Of a DNA stretch of 64,000 nt, positions 20,791 through 31,031 are shown in pieces. The notes below the pieces were generated by a model. It was not told the DNA's origin. It worked only from the letters and a program-made list of their open reading frames with translations, and did no database searches. Numbering within the stretch: position 1 is the stretch's first letter; the number at the start of each line of letters is the position of its first letter. The translations under genes were made by a program, and so were the position numbers. Source of the DNA: an uncultured Gammaproteobacteria bacterium (GTDB taxonomy: Bacteria; Pseudomonadota; Gammaproteobacteria; JACCXJ01); assembly GCA_963764725.1 (NCBI GenBank), contig CAVXTM010000018.1, positions 544,001 through 608,000 on the forward strand, read 5' to 3'.

Positions 20791-20922
20791 GCAGTCTCGA
20801 ACGCTCTGGCAACGGTACCGGCCGCTCAAGTAGCCGGCTTCCAGGCCGGAGCCCGCCTCGGCGACGGACGGCGACCGAAGCATGCGCCACTGGTTGGACG
20901 AAAGCGCGTTTGAGTACCGCGT

Positions 20923-22367
20923 CTACCGAGCCGAGGGGGCAGCAGAAGGTTCGCGAACAATCGTTAGCCGCGCGTCTTTGAGAAGCCGCTGAAACTCCGG
21001 CGACGAAAGAATGATCGCTCCCGCCGCGGCGCGCAGGCGATCGACGGCCTCGTTTGGGAGGGCAAAGGACGTGGGCAGCTGATTCAGATACTCGCGTTCG
21101 GCCCTGTCCTTGAGCTCCGGGAACGACACATCGATCAGGTGGATGTCGATGTCCGGCACATTGAGCGCCTCTGCCCCCCCGGATCCTCGCTGCGTGCAAG
21201 TGCACCTGACTGGCGGAGCCGGCGCATCGCCCGCCAACGCGCTGCGGTGTCCTTCAGCAGCTCGACGGCCTCGTAGGAATAGTGATCGATCGGCACACCG
21301 GCGGCCTTGACAAGAATGCTCAAGCTTCCGGGCGGCTGCTCCGACTCGTCCCAGGTGGTCTTGGGCGAGGACAACGAGTTCACGACGAAGACGATGACCC
21401 TGCGCACTTGGTCGAACGGCGTGGGTTGGTGCGCCGAGCGCAACGCTTCGATGATCTCGATCGGTTCGAGCACGCTGCGCATGCCCAGGTTGTCCGACAC
21501 ACCGCCATCGACGAGATGGATGTAGGGTCGATGGGCTCCGTCCTCGTAGGACAACACTGACTGCAGGCTGCGCAGCGCGCGGGCCGCGGGCCGCGTCCGC
21601 TTCGCCGGGTCGGTGAACGGCTGAAGCCACGGCTCGAGGGCAAAGTTGCAGGTGCCGCCATAGTTGTTGATCGTGACGGGCGAGAGGACGACGGGTACCG
21701 CCGAAGATGCCGCGGCGGCGCGGGATAGCCGCATAGCACTCAGATCCGAGCACAGGATGTCGAAGGTGCCCTGTTCGAACCGCAGGCGCGCGCCGGTCGA
21801 GATGTCGGTCGCGGTCGTGATGATGAACGGGCCGCCGCCTCGCTCCAGATCGGCAAACGTCGCGCCATTGAACAGGATCTCGTCGTACAACTCGGCCGCC
21901 AGCTCGGAACGGCCCCAGCCGGTCGACCACAGGTTCCCCCAGTAAGTCGGATTCAGAAAGCGCGCAATGAGTTCGCCCTGCACATCGCGCTTCAGGAAGC
22001 GCTGCTCATACACATCGAAGAGTCTGTCGCCGTACAGGCCGTAAGCCAGTGCGGTGAAACTGCCGCCCGAGACGCCCGTGACGATGCTGACCGCGTCGAG
22101 CAGTCGAGCCTTGCGGCCGTCTGGTGCCGCAACCTGGGTGCGCTCGAGAAACTCGAGGACCCCATACGAAAATGCGGCCGCCCGTGTGCCCCCGCCCGAA
22201 AAAGCAAGGATGACGAGGTTCTCCGAGTCTTTGGCGCGCTGCTGGCGGAAGAACCGATACCCGGTGCTCGGTTCAACCTGCGTGATCGGCGGGTTGACGG
22301 GGCGGCTGGCGCAAGCGCCCAGCAGAAGCGCGAGAGCTAGTAGCGGGATGAATGCGAATCGCGGCAC
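20923..22367 (-). CDS. Patatin-like phospholipase lipoprotein, one frameshift near 21175 (C7 run)
   Basis: Lipobox LGAC, GGGTRA, GVSGG, DGG; C-terminus (LPTSFAL) in second frame. Confidence 0.85.
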
Positions 22368-22459
22368 GCAAATGCGTCCCTGGTTCAGTGCACTGTATCG
22401 CCATCGAACATGGAAATGTATCCACCAACGTCCCGTCCGAGAATGACACCAGTTCGCAG

Positions 22460-22980
22460 CCGAGCTTTAGCAGTTCAGGAAGTTGACCAGCTTCGGAATG
22501 ACCTTTCCAGGAGCCTCTTCCATCAACCAATGCCCGGCTCCCGTCACCACGACGCCTTCGGCGTTGGTGTTCACGAGCTTGCCCTGGTCGATCAGGACTT
22601 TCCGCCTGCCTTCTCTCAGGAGAGCACGAGCATCGGCATCGTAAGCGGCGTTTTCGCGAACTGCGCGAAGTCCTTCGCATCCTATTCGAACGCCCGGAAA
22701 GTTTCCATCCCCGCCTTGATGTGGCCGGGTTTCGCGTATTCGTTCGCGATAACTTGCGATCGGCTTCCGGGATGGACTTCGACGCGTCCGCCGCGAAGTC
22801 GTTCCAGAAATGATCGAGGTAGATGCGCTCGCGGCCGGTCACCAGAGCGAGCGGCGTCTTGCCGTAGAAATGGACATGCCAGAGGTCGCGCAGCCGCCAG
22901 ACCATCGTCCAGTCGCCCACGCCGGGAAGGAACGCGTCCATCAGAGCGATGCGCTTCACTTCGGCCGGGTATTCTCGCAC
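22460..22980 (-). pseudogene. Alpha/beta hydrolase C-terminal half, frameshifted
   Basis: MDAFLPGVGDW, WHVHFYG; GSGHWLMEE in another frame. Confidence 0.75.
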
Positions 22981-23185
22981 TCCCGTGCAACACTAAAACG
23001 CCCCGAAACGCGGCGCCTCGGGCCAGTCAATAACTCGACAATTTCCCGGTTCTGGGCGAAGAACTCGCGTCATTGACAGCTGATAGGTTCAGCAGTAGCT
23101 TTCCTTACCAGAAAAGAGCGCGTTTCAAATTCCTACTCAGGAGTGAAAGGTCAGGAGTAAGGGGTAAAGAGAAAAGAGGTGAACC

Positions 23186-24097
23186 GTGAACAACAAAGAA
23201 ATGAAAAACCTGATCAATAGGGCGCGCAAATTGGCGAAGCCTTTCCGCGTAACTGACGACAGTTTTCGCCTGAAGGACATCGATCCCGGCGATACCCTGC
23301 AATTTACCTCCGAGGACAAACCTCGCGCTAAGGAAGCGCTTGCGATGGGCGTCAACCTGCTCTCCGAGCTGCAAGACATGCTGTATGCGCAGGACCGTTG
23401 GGCGGTACTGTTGATGTTTCAAGCAATGGATGCCGCGGGAAAGGACGGCGCGATCAAGCACGTCATGTCCGGTGTCAACCCACAGGGCTGCCAGGTGTAT
23501 TCTTTTAAGGCTCCGTCCCCCGAGGATCTCGACCACGATTTTCTCTGGCGTTGCATCAAGTGTATGCCCGAGCGCGGCCGCATCGGCATCTTCAATCGCA
23601 GCTATTACGAGGAGACCCTGGTCGTGCGGGTGCATCGGGAGTTTTTGGAGAAGCAAAAACTGCCGCCCGAGCTGGTCACGAAAGACATCTGGAAGGAACG
23701 TTTCCAGGACATCTGCAGCTTCGAGCGCTACCTGACACGCAACGGCGTTGTCATTCGCAAGTTCTTTCTGCACGTGTCCAACAAAGAGCAAAAGAAGCGA
23801 TTCCTCGAGCGCATTCAGGAGCCCGAGAAAAACTGGAAGTTCTCAGCCAATGACGCCAAGGAGCGCGGGCATTGGGATGATTACATGGAAGCTTACGAAG
23901 ACATGATCCGGAACACAGCGACCAAGAATGCGCCATGGTACGTGGTGCCGGCCGACAATAAGTGGTTTACGCGCGTAGTTGTCGCTGCAGCGGTTATCGA
24001 AGCGCTGTCTTCGCTGGACTTACATTATCCAAAAGTAAGCGACGAAAAGCTAAAGGAGCTGGCGGCGGCAAAGCGAGCGTTACAGGCCGGCAAGTGA
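23186..24097 (+). CDS. ppk2: Polyphosphate kinase 2 family protein
   Basis: QAMDAAGKDG, FNRSYYE, PWYVVPADNKW. Confidence 0.95.
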   Translation: MNNKEMKNLINRARKLAKPFRVTDDSFRLKDIDPGDTLQFTSEDKPRAKEALAMGVNLLSELQDMLYAQDRWAVLLMFQAMDAAGKDGAIKHVMSGVNPQGCQVYSFKAPSPEDLDHDFLWRCIKCMPERGRIGIFNRSYYEETLVVRVHREFLEKQKLPPELVTKDIWKERFQDICSFERYLTRNGVVIRKFFLHVSNKEQKKRFLERIQEPEKNWKFSANDAKERGHWDDYMEAYEDMIRNTATKNAPWYVVPADNKWFTRVVVAAAVIEALSSLDLHYPKVSDEKLKELAAAKRALQAGK

Positions 24098-24127
24098 GCA
24101 TCGTCGCGAGATTCTAGCCAAACATAT

Positions 24128-24372
24128 TTGAACCGAGGAAAAGTGATAGCTAACCGCCAGCGCCACAGCTCCTTCCCGATACTGGATTGGTTAATCGGTT
24201 ACCAGAAGGAGTGGTTGCGGTGGGACCTGATCGCTGGCTCGATAACGGCTGCGGTCGTGATTCCAAAGGCGATGGCCTACGCCACAATCGCCGGGCTGCC
24301 GGTACAGGTGGGGCTCTACACCGCGCTGGTGCCGATGGTGATCTACGCAGTGGTCGGGACGTCTCGGCCGCT
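24128..24372 (+). pseudogene. SulP anion transporter, N-terminal fragment
   Basis: DLIAG...IPKAMAYATIAGLP..GLY...GTSRPLS, then abrupt break. Confidence 0.85.
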
Positions 24373-24412
24373 CAGCGGCCGCGGACGATTCGCCGAGCCC
24401 AACCTCGAGAAC

Positions 24413-27144
24413 TCAAACCGACAGAAGTTGGCGCAGGACCATCTGCAGGATGCCACCGTTGCAGGAAGTACTCGACCTCGGCGGGAGCATCGATCCTCAC
24501 CGTCGTTTCGAAGTGTCACTCGAGAGCCGTCCTGCCGGAGTCACCGAAACGCTGGCGTTCTGCCGCGGTGTGATGCCCGTCACCGATTCCAGTGATGGAA
24601 AATGTCTCGAAGCCGGTCAGGCCCAAAGACTGCGCCGATTCTCCTTCTTCGAATTGCAAGGGCAGGACGCCCATGCAGACGAGATTGCTGCGGTGGATGC
24701 GCTCGTAGGTCTGGGCGATGACTGCTTTGATGCCCAGCAACGCTGAGCCCTTTGCTGCCCAATCGCGCGAGCTTCCTGAGCCGTATTCTTTGCCGGCGAT
24801 CACGACCAGGGGCGTGCCTTCCTGCTGGTACCGCAGAGCGGCGTCGTAGATGCTCATCCTGTCGCCGCTGGGAACGTGGATGGTCCAGGGGCCCTCGACT
24901 CCGGGCACCATCAGATTGCGCAGGCGAATGTTGCCGAAGGTCCCGCGCATCATGACTTCGTGATTGCCCCGCCGGGACCCAAAACTGTTGAACTCCGCCG
25001 GCGGCACGGAATGCTCCACGAGATACTTTCCTGCAGGTGAATTGACGGTGATGGCCCCGGCGGGCGAGATGTGATCGGTAGTGATCGAGTCGCCAAAGCA
25101 GTGCAAGTACTCTTGCACTCGTGACGTCGGCGGGCGGTGCCGGAACGCCTGCAAATTCGATGAAATAGGGCGGCTCGCGAACGTAGGTCGAATCGCCGTC
25201 CCAGTCGAACAAAGTGCCGGTGGGCGCCGGCATGCTCTTCCACTTCTCATCGCCTTCGAATATGCGGCCGTATTCGAGGTCGAACTGATCCGATGACACC
25301 GAGGAGGCGACCAGGGATTCAACTTCCTCGGCAGTGGGCCAGATGTCCCTCAGGTAGACGGGCTTGCCGTCTCGATCGGTCCCCAAGCGGATCCACGGTC
25401 AAGTCGCACATGACCGTTCCGGCCAGCGCGTACGCGACACACAACGGCGGCGACGCCAGGTAACTCGCCTTCACCTGGCCGTGAATGCGTCCCTCGAAAT
25501 TTCGATTGCCCGACAGAACTGCAACCACCGCCAGGTCTTTGCTCGTCGACGACTTCGGCGATCTCTTCGGGCAACGGGCCGGAGTTACCGATGCAAGTCG
25601 TGCATCCGTAACCCACCAGGTTGAAACCCAACTTCTCCAGGTACGGCGTGAGGCCCGCCTTGTCGAGGTACTGGGTAACGACGCGCGAACCCGGCGCCAG
25701 AGAGGTCTTCACCCAGGGCCGGCACTGCAGGCCTGCCTCCACCGCCTTTCGGGCCAACAGACCGGCCGCGATCATGACTGACGGGTTAGACGTATTGGTG
25801 CAGCTCGTGATTGCAGCGATGACGACGGATCCATCGGTCACGGATGCTGCTGCGCGCGGCTGTCCCGATGGGCTCCGGCGGAGCTTCGAGAACCTCGCCC
25901 GCAGGAGAGCCTCCTTCGCCCACGAGCCGGGCAATGTCCTTGCCGTCCACTGGAGCTTCGACCCCGTCGAATGCTGCCTTGAAGGACTTCCGAACTCCCG
26001 GCAAGGGGACGCGATCCTGAGGCCGCTTTGGTCCGGCGACGCTCGGCTCGACCTTTCCCAGGTCCAGATCGAGCACCTCGTTGAAGAGCGGCTCGGGGTC
26101 TTCGTCAGTTCTGAACAGACCCTGCTCTCGCGTGTACCGCTCGACCAGACTCGACGAGCGCGCCGCCGGCCCGTCAGATTCAGATATCTCAGAGTGTTCG
26201 AGTCGACCGGGAAGAGTGTTGATGTGGCGCCGAACTCCGGCGACATGTTCGACAGCGTGGCGCGGTCGGCGATGCTGAGAGCGCTCAAGCCTGGTCCGAA
26301 GAATTCGACGAACTTGCCGACGACGCCGTGTGCTCTCAGCATTTGGGTCAGGGTCAGGACGAGATCGGTGGCCGTCGTACCGGTCGGGAGCGTTCCTCGG
26401 GTCCTGACTCCAAGTACGATCGGCTTCGGGCAGAAACATCGGCTGGCCGAGCATGGCGGCTTCGGCCTCGATGCCGCCGACTCCCCACCCCAGCACGCCG
26501 AGGCCGTTGATCATCGGGGTGTGCGAGTCGGTCCCGACCAAAGTGTCGGGAAAGACCCATCCGCCGCGCGATGAAACGACTCGTCCCAAATGCTCGAGGT
26601 TGACCTGATGGCAGATCCCCATCCCGGGAGGCACAACTCGGAAGCCCTCGAATGCTTGCTGCGCCCAGTTGAGCAAAGCGTAGCGTTCGCGGTTGCGACG
26701 GTACTCCCACTGCAGGTTGGCGGCATAAGCGTCGGTGCTGCCAAAACGATCGACCTGGACAGAGTGATCGATGACCAGGTCGACAGGAATGAAGGGATTG
26801 ACCCGCTTGGGATCTCCGCCTGATCGGACGACCGCGCTTCTCAAGGCTGCGAGGTCCACGACTGCTGGAACCCCGGTGAAGTCCTGCATCAGCACTCGTG
26901 CGGGCATGAATGCGATGGACGCACCGGCGCCGTTCGGCCACCGGGCAAGCGCCACGACATCCGCTTCGGACACGTCCCGGCCCCCGGCCCTTCGAGCGAT
27001 GTTCTCGAGGAGGATCTTGACGGTGTGCGGAAGCCGTGCCACATCCGCGCCGGTCTTCGCGGCCAACTTCGCGAGGCTCACGTAGGAGGCCGTTCCCGAA
27101 TCGGTTATAAGCCTTGCCGTGACGCCTAGTGGATCGTTTGGCAT
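24413..27144 (-). pseudogene. acnA: Aconitate hydratase A split by multiple frameshifts
   Basis: [70 protein letters not shown] spread over several frames. Confidence 0.93.
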
Positions 27145-27198
27145 GATGCGCCGCCTCGTACCGGGAAATTTCGTGTCGATTTCGAAAGATAATTGTAC

Positions 27199-27350
27199 GA
27201 TGCCCGAGCCAAAATATCCTACGCTCGAAGCGTTGTTGGCGGCCGTGCGCCGTGCGTGCGAAGCGCATCTGCCATTTGGTCGGCGCCCGGTGCTGCGCGC
27301 CGCTGTAACGGCCCGGATCCTTATCGTAGGCCGGGCGCCCGGCGTGTGTG
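27199..27350 (+). pseudogene. Uracil-DNA glycosylase family N-terminal fragment
   Basis: LLAAVR..C..HLP.G.RPVL...ARILIVG.APG. Confidence 0.6.
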
Positions 27351-27409
27351 CAGCTTTATGGGTGCCTTATCCGTGCCCTTCATGGAAGCGCCCTTTCTCG
27401 AGCTCATCG

Positions 27410-28267
27410 CTAGGTGTCGGGCCCGCCCAGGATAAGGATCGGGCAGGGCGCGCGCTCGAGTGCGGCGCGCAGGATCAGTGCTCGTCCAGCCTGGAGACGG
27501 CTGCGGCGTACCAGCACGATCGCGTCGCACGCATGCTCGACGCTAAAACGCGCTATCTCCGTGGCTATGTCGCCCTGGGCGAGATACATCTGCACCGGGA
27601 CTTCGGGCGGGCACTGGGCGCAAGCATGCGCTAAACGCCCCTTCACCTCACCAGCCCAGTCGGGCCATTCGTGCTGCTTCTGATCGACGTACCGGGGCGC
27701 GCCGATACTACCGCGCTCTACCGGTCTGGAGCGGCCCTCCCCGGCTACATAAAGGAGGTCGATCGACGCGCCAAGCCGGCTGGCGAGCTCGGTGGCTGGT
27801 TGCAGAGCGACGGCGGTCTTCGGCGTCCCGTCCAGAGGCAGAAGGAGTCGCCTCAGCTGGCGTCCCGGATGCAAAGTCCCGGGCCGCACCAGGATAACCG
27901 GCTTCTCCGAATCGGCGATTACCGCTTGCGCCACGCTTCCGAGGCGGCGTCGGATCGAGGTGGAGCCTCCGTGCGTCGTCATGACTACGAAACCAACATC
28001 TTGGTCCGTTGCGGCCGAGAGTATCGTCTCTGCAGGCCTGCCGGTTTCAATCCGAAGACGAGACTCGCTGAGGCCGTCCAAGCCTACCTCACGGACTGCC
28101 TTGGCTATGTCATTCTGGTCTGCTCCCTCTCCAAGGACGTGAAGAATCTCGACCTCCGCTCCGAGCTGAAGCGCGAGGGCGCTGGCCGTGGAAAAGCTCT
28201 CTGAAGAAGCGCGGGAGCCATCCCAGGCGACGATGATCGCCGTTCGGGTCGCTGCGCTCGATGTCAC
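27410..28267 (-). CDS. Tandem-domain universal stress protein
   Basis: IIVAWDGS, MTTHG, LGSVA, LLPLDG; GTG start overlaps GH65 stop. Confidence 0.88.
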   Translation of the reverse strand: MTSSAATRTAIIVAWDGSRASSESFSTASALALQLGAEVEILHVLGEGADQNDIAKAVREVGLDGLSESRLRIETGRPAETILSAATDQDVGFVVMTTHGGSTSIRRRLGSVAQAVIADSEKPVILVRPGTLHPGRQLRRLLLPLDGTPKTAVALQPATELASRLGASIDLLYVAGEGRSRPVERGSIGAPRYVDQKQHEWPDWAGEVKGRLAHACAQCPPEVPVQMYLAQGDIATEIARFSVEHACDAIVLVRRSRLQAGRALILRAALERAPCPILILGGPDT

Positions 28268-30573
28268 GTGAGGGCCTCCTGCCACTCTCCCTGAAGATTC
28301 CTGGCGCACCGCCAAGTCTCGTCTCGGCGAAGGCGGTGCTCCAGGCTGCCGGCGTAGATCGACATCGGGGCGCCGCCCTCCAAACGCACGACAACCTCAT
28401 GGGGTTCGCCGATTATCTCGACCTTGACCCTACGGCGCCGCCAACGGATGGAGAAGCTGAGCCGGCGCCAGCCTTCGGGCAGATGTGGCTCGAACCGCAG
28501 GCCAGAATGCTCGAGTTGCAGCCCGGCGAAGCCGAACGTCGCCGTCTGCCAGAGTCCGCCCATCGCCCCGATATGGACTCCGCCCGCTGCGTTTCCCATG
28601 GTGTCGTCCAGATCGATGGCAGCAGTCTCATCGAAGAACTTTTTCGCCAGAGAGACGTCTCCTAGACGGGCAGCGACCACTGCGTGCGCCGCTGGACTGA
28701 GAGAGCTGCCATGAGCGGTGCGCGCCTCGTAGTAGCGAAAGTTGGCTTCCCGCACAAGGTGATCGTACCGCTCGCCGAGCAGCGCGAGCAGCATGATGAC
28801 GTCAGCTTGCTTGACAACTTGCGAACGCCTGGTTCGCTCGGGGCCCAGGATGACGTCCATAGGTGCCGTTCGTTCCGCGTAAGCCTTCAGATCGATATCC
28901 TCGAGGCGGAAGAACCCGGCGAACTGCTCAAAAAGACCGGTGCCGGGGTCGAAGCCTGTGAGGAGCTTCTCCCGTATCTCTTCCCAGAGGGACGTCTCTT
29001 GCGTAGAAAGCGAAAGCTTCTCGCCCAGGGCCGCCCAGTGGGTGGGCCACCGCCGCTGAAGTAGTTTCACAACCTCCAAGCCGAGCTCGATGTTGAAGGC
29101 GGCCATGACGTTGGTGTAGGCATTGTCGTCGACGCCTTCGTGGTACTCATCAGGACCGATAACTCCACGTATGTGGTAGCGACCATCGCTTTCCAGCTCC
29201 ACCCGACTGGCCCAGAAGCGAGTCGTTTCCAGAAGAATCTCGGCGCCGGCCTTAAGCATGAAACGGTTGTCGCCGGTCGCCCGCCAGTATTGCCATACAG
29301 CGTAGGCGATATCGGCGCTAATGTGGTGTTCTTGGACTCCCGAAAGGATAGGGATCACTTGCTGTTGAGGCCCGAGGGCGAACGGTGGCGTAGTCTCCTC
29401 TCCGCTATCCGCGGATTCCCAGGCGTAAAGAGCACCTCTATATCCGAGGCGCTTTGCTTTCGCGAGGGCAGCCGGCAGCGTGTGAAAGCGATACATAAGC
29501 ATGGCGCGGGCAGCCTCTGGCCAGGTGAACGTGTAGAAGGGCAGAAGGAAAATCTCGGTGTCCCAGAAGACGTGACCCTTGTAGGCATCACCTGTTAGCG
29601 CCCTCGCCCCGATGGAGACGTGCGCATCCTCCGGGTTGGCGCCGCTGATCAGGTGGTAGATAGCAAAGCGGAGGCGGTTCTGGTCGGCGTCATTGCCTTC
29701 AATAGAGATATCGCTGCTGGGCCAGCGGCGTTTCCATGCCGCGACATGGTTTGTATACAACCGCCGATAGGCAGACGGAGCACCCGACACCATCTTTTGA
29801 GCGCGGCCCCGGGCTTCCTCCTCTGCCTCTCCGCGGGCAAAGCCGATCATCCGGCAGAGCTGCACCGTATCGCGCGGGGTCGCGTCCCATGCCCACAGAA
29901 CACTCCCTGGTTGTTCGACCGCCGTAGCCAAGCGCCGCCCGTTCAGCCTCAGCGAAGACTGGGACGCGATCGCCAGCAAGACGGGTCGTTGCCGGACGCG
30001 GAAGACGCTGATGCTGGGCGAGTGCCGGACGATCTCCAGCGCAGGGGAACCTGGTCCCAGTCCAACTTCCAGCTGCAGCGTCGACGGCTGGTCCACCTCG
30101 ATTGAGACTATCTGAGCGGCGACGCCACGGGTCGAGAGCGCGGCGAAGCGCATCGCTTCGAGACGCACAGAAACGCCTGACCCGGCCTTCTGCCTCAAGC
30201 TGCTATGGAGAACCCCTCGTTGAAAATCAAGGCTGCGGTTGTGCTCGAGTATCTCGCCCTTCTCCAGAGAGATCTCTTCGCCGTCGACGAGTAGACATAG
30301 GCGAAGCCACTCCGGCGCAGACACCAATGAGGGGACAGGTGGACTCGTTTCGGGGAAGTCGAATAGGCCGGCTACATAGGTTCGGGGACGGGACGCCGGC
30401 GTTGGCTGCTCGAGCGACCCCCGCACGCCGAGGAAGCCGTTGCCGACTGCGAAGCGCGACTCAACCTCGTGCTCCAGCGCCGGCTCATAACCGTTCTCCA
30501 CGAGCATCCACGCAGGATCGGACCGCGCAGATAAGGCGTTCTGCCAGAAATCAACGAGGGCAATGCTAGACAT
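28264..30573 (-). CDS. GH65 glycoside hydrolase/phosphorylase
   Basis: GNGFLGVRG, YKGHVFWD, GPDEYH, KQADV, HGSSLS. Confidence 0.92.
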   Translation of the reverse strand: MSSIALVDFWQNALSARSDPAWMLVENGYEPALEHEVESRFAVGNGFLGVRGSLEQPTPASRPRTYVAGLFDFPETSPPVPSLVSAPEWLRLCLLVDGEEISLEKGEILEHNRSLDFQRGVLHSSLRQKAGSGVSVRLEAMRFAALSTRGVAAQIVSIEVDQPSTLQLEVGLGPGSPALEIVRHSPSISVFRVRQRPVLLAIASQSSLRLNGRRLATAVEQPGSVLWAWDATPRDTVQLCRMIGFARGEAEEEARGRAQKMVSGAPSAYRRLYTNHVAAWKRRWPSSDISIEGNDADQNRLRFAIYHLISGANPEDAHVSIGARALTGDAYKGHVFWDTEIFLLPFYTFTWPEAARAMLMYRFHTLPAALAKAKRLGYRGALYAWESADSGEETTPPFALGPQQQVIPILSGVQEHHISADIAYAVWQYWRATGDNRFMLKAGAEILLETTRFWASRVELESDGRYHIRGVIGPDEYHEGVDDNAYTNVMAAFNIELGLEVVKLLQRRWPTHWAALGEKLSLSTQETSLWEEIREKLLTGFDPGTGLFEQFAGFFRLEDIDLKAYAERTAPMDVILGPERTRRSQVVKQADVIMLLALLGERYDHLVREANFRYYEARTAHGSSLSPAAHAVVAARLGDVSLAKKFFDETAAIDLDDTMGNAAGGVHIGAMGGLWQTATFGFAGLQLEHSGLRFEPHLPEGWRRLSFSIRWRRRRVKVEIIGEPHEVVVRLEGGAPMSIYAGSLEHRLRRDETWRCARNLQGEWQEALT

Positions 30574-30672
30574 GGCATCTCCGCCGAAAATTGCAGTTCC
30601 TTTCGCGGCTCCGCGACCGGAACGCTGGGAGCCGTCTGTCGACTGCGAGCGCGTCTCAACCTGGGAGCTCAG

Positions 30673-30793
30673 CGATGCCGTCGGCAGGAGGTCATATTCG
30701 TGAAGTCGCAACGATTTCGGAGTGCGGGCCACGAGCTCAGCGCTGGTCTGTGAGTCGCCGCTGGCGAAGAGGATCACCAGGTGACGTCTCTTA
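30673..30793 (-). repeat. 121-bp diverged copy of the GT4 gene 5' region (36678-36798)
   Basis: Ungapped alignment, 9 mismatches by hand count. Confidence 0.9.
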
Positions 30794-31031
30794 CCTAGTG
30801 TAGCTCTTCGCAATCAATGGAGCTTATCATAGGCGGGTGGGTGATTCTCTCATGCTCGCCCTTGGCCTTGCGGTGAGTTTAACGCGCCTCGTCGTGCTCA
30901 GAGGAGAAGAAGGCCATGGATCGCTGGGCGCCAGCACGCTCTTTGCGGTCGGGACCGCGTTTCGAGGGCTACACGAGGCTATCGCATGGTGTATGCTCGG
31001 AGTGACGGCGGCGTTGTCGATCGCGTAACCG

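Noticed and set aside
30574-30813. 80-aa N-terminal extension of GH65
   Set aside because: Derived from the duplicated GT4 fragment; RBS-like GGAG plus ATG at 30573 is the better start.
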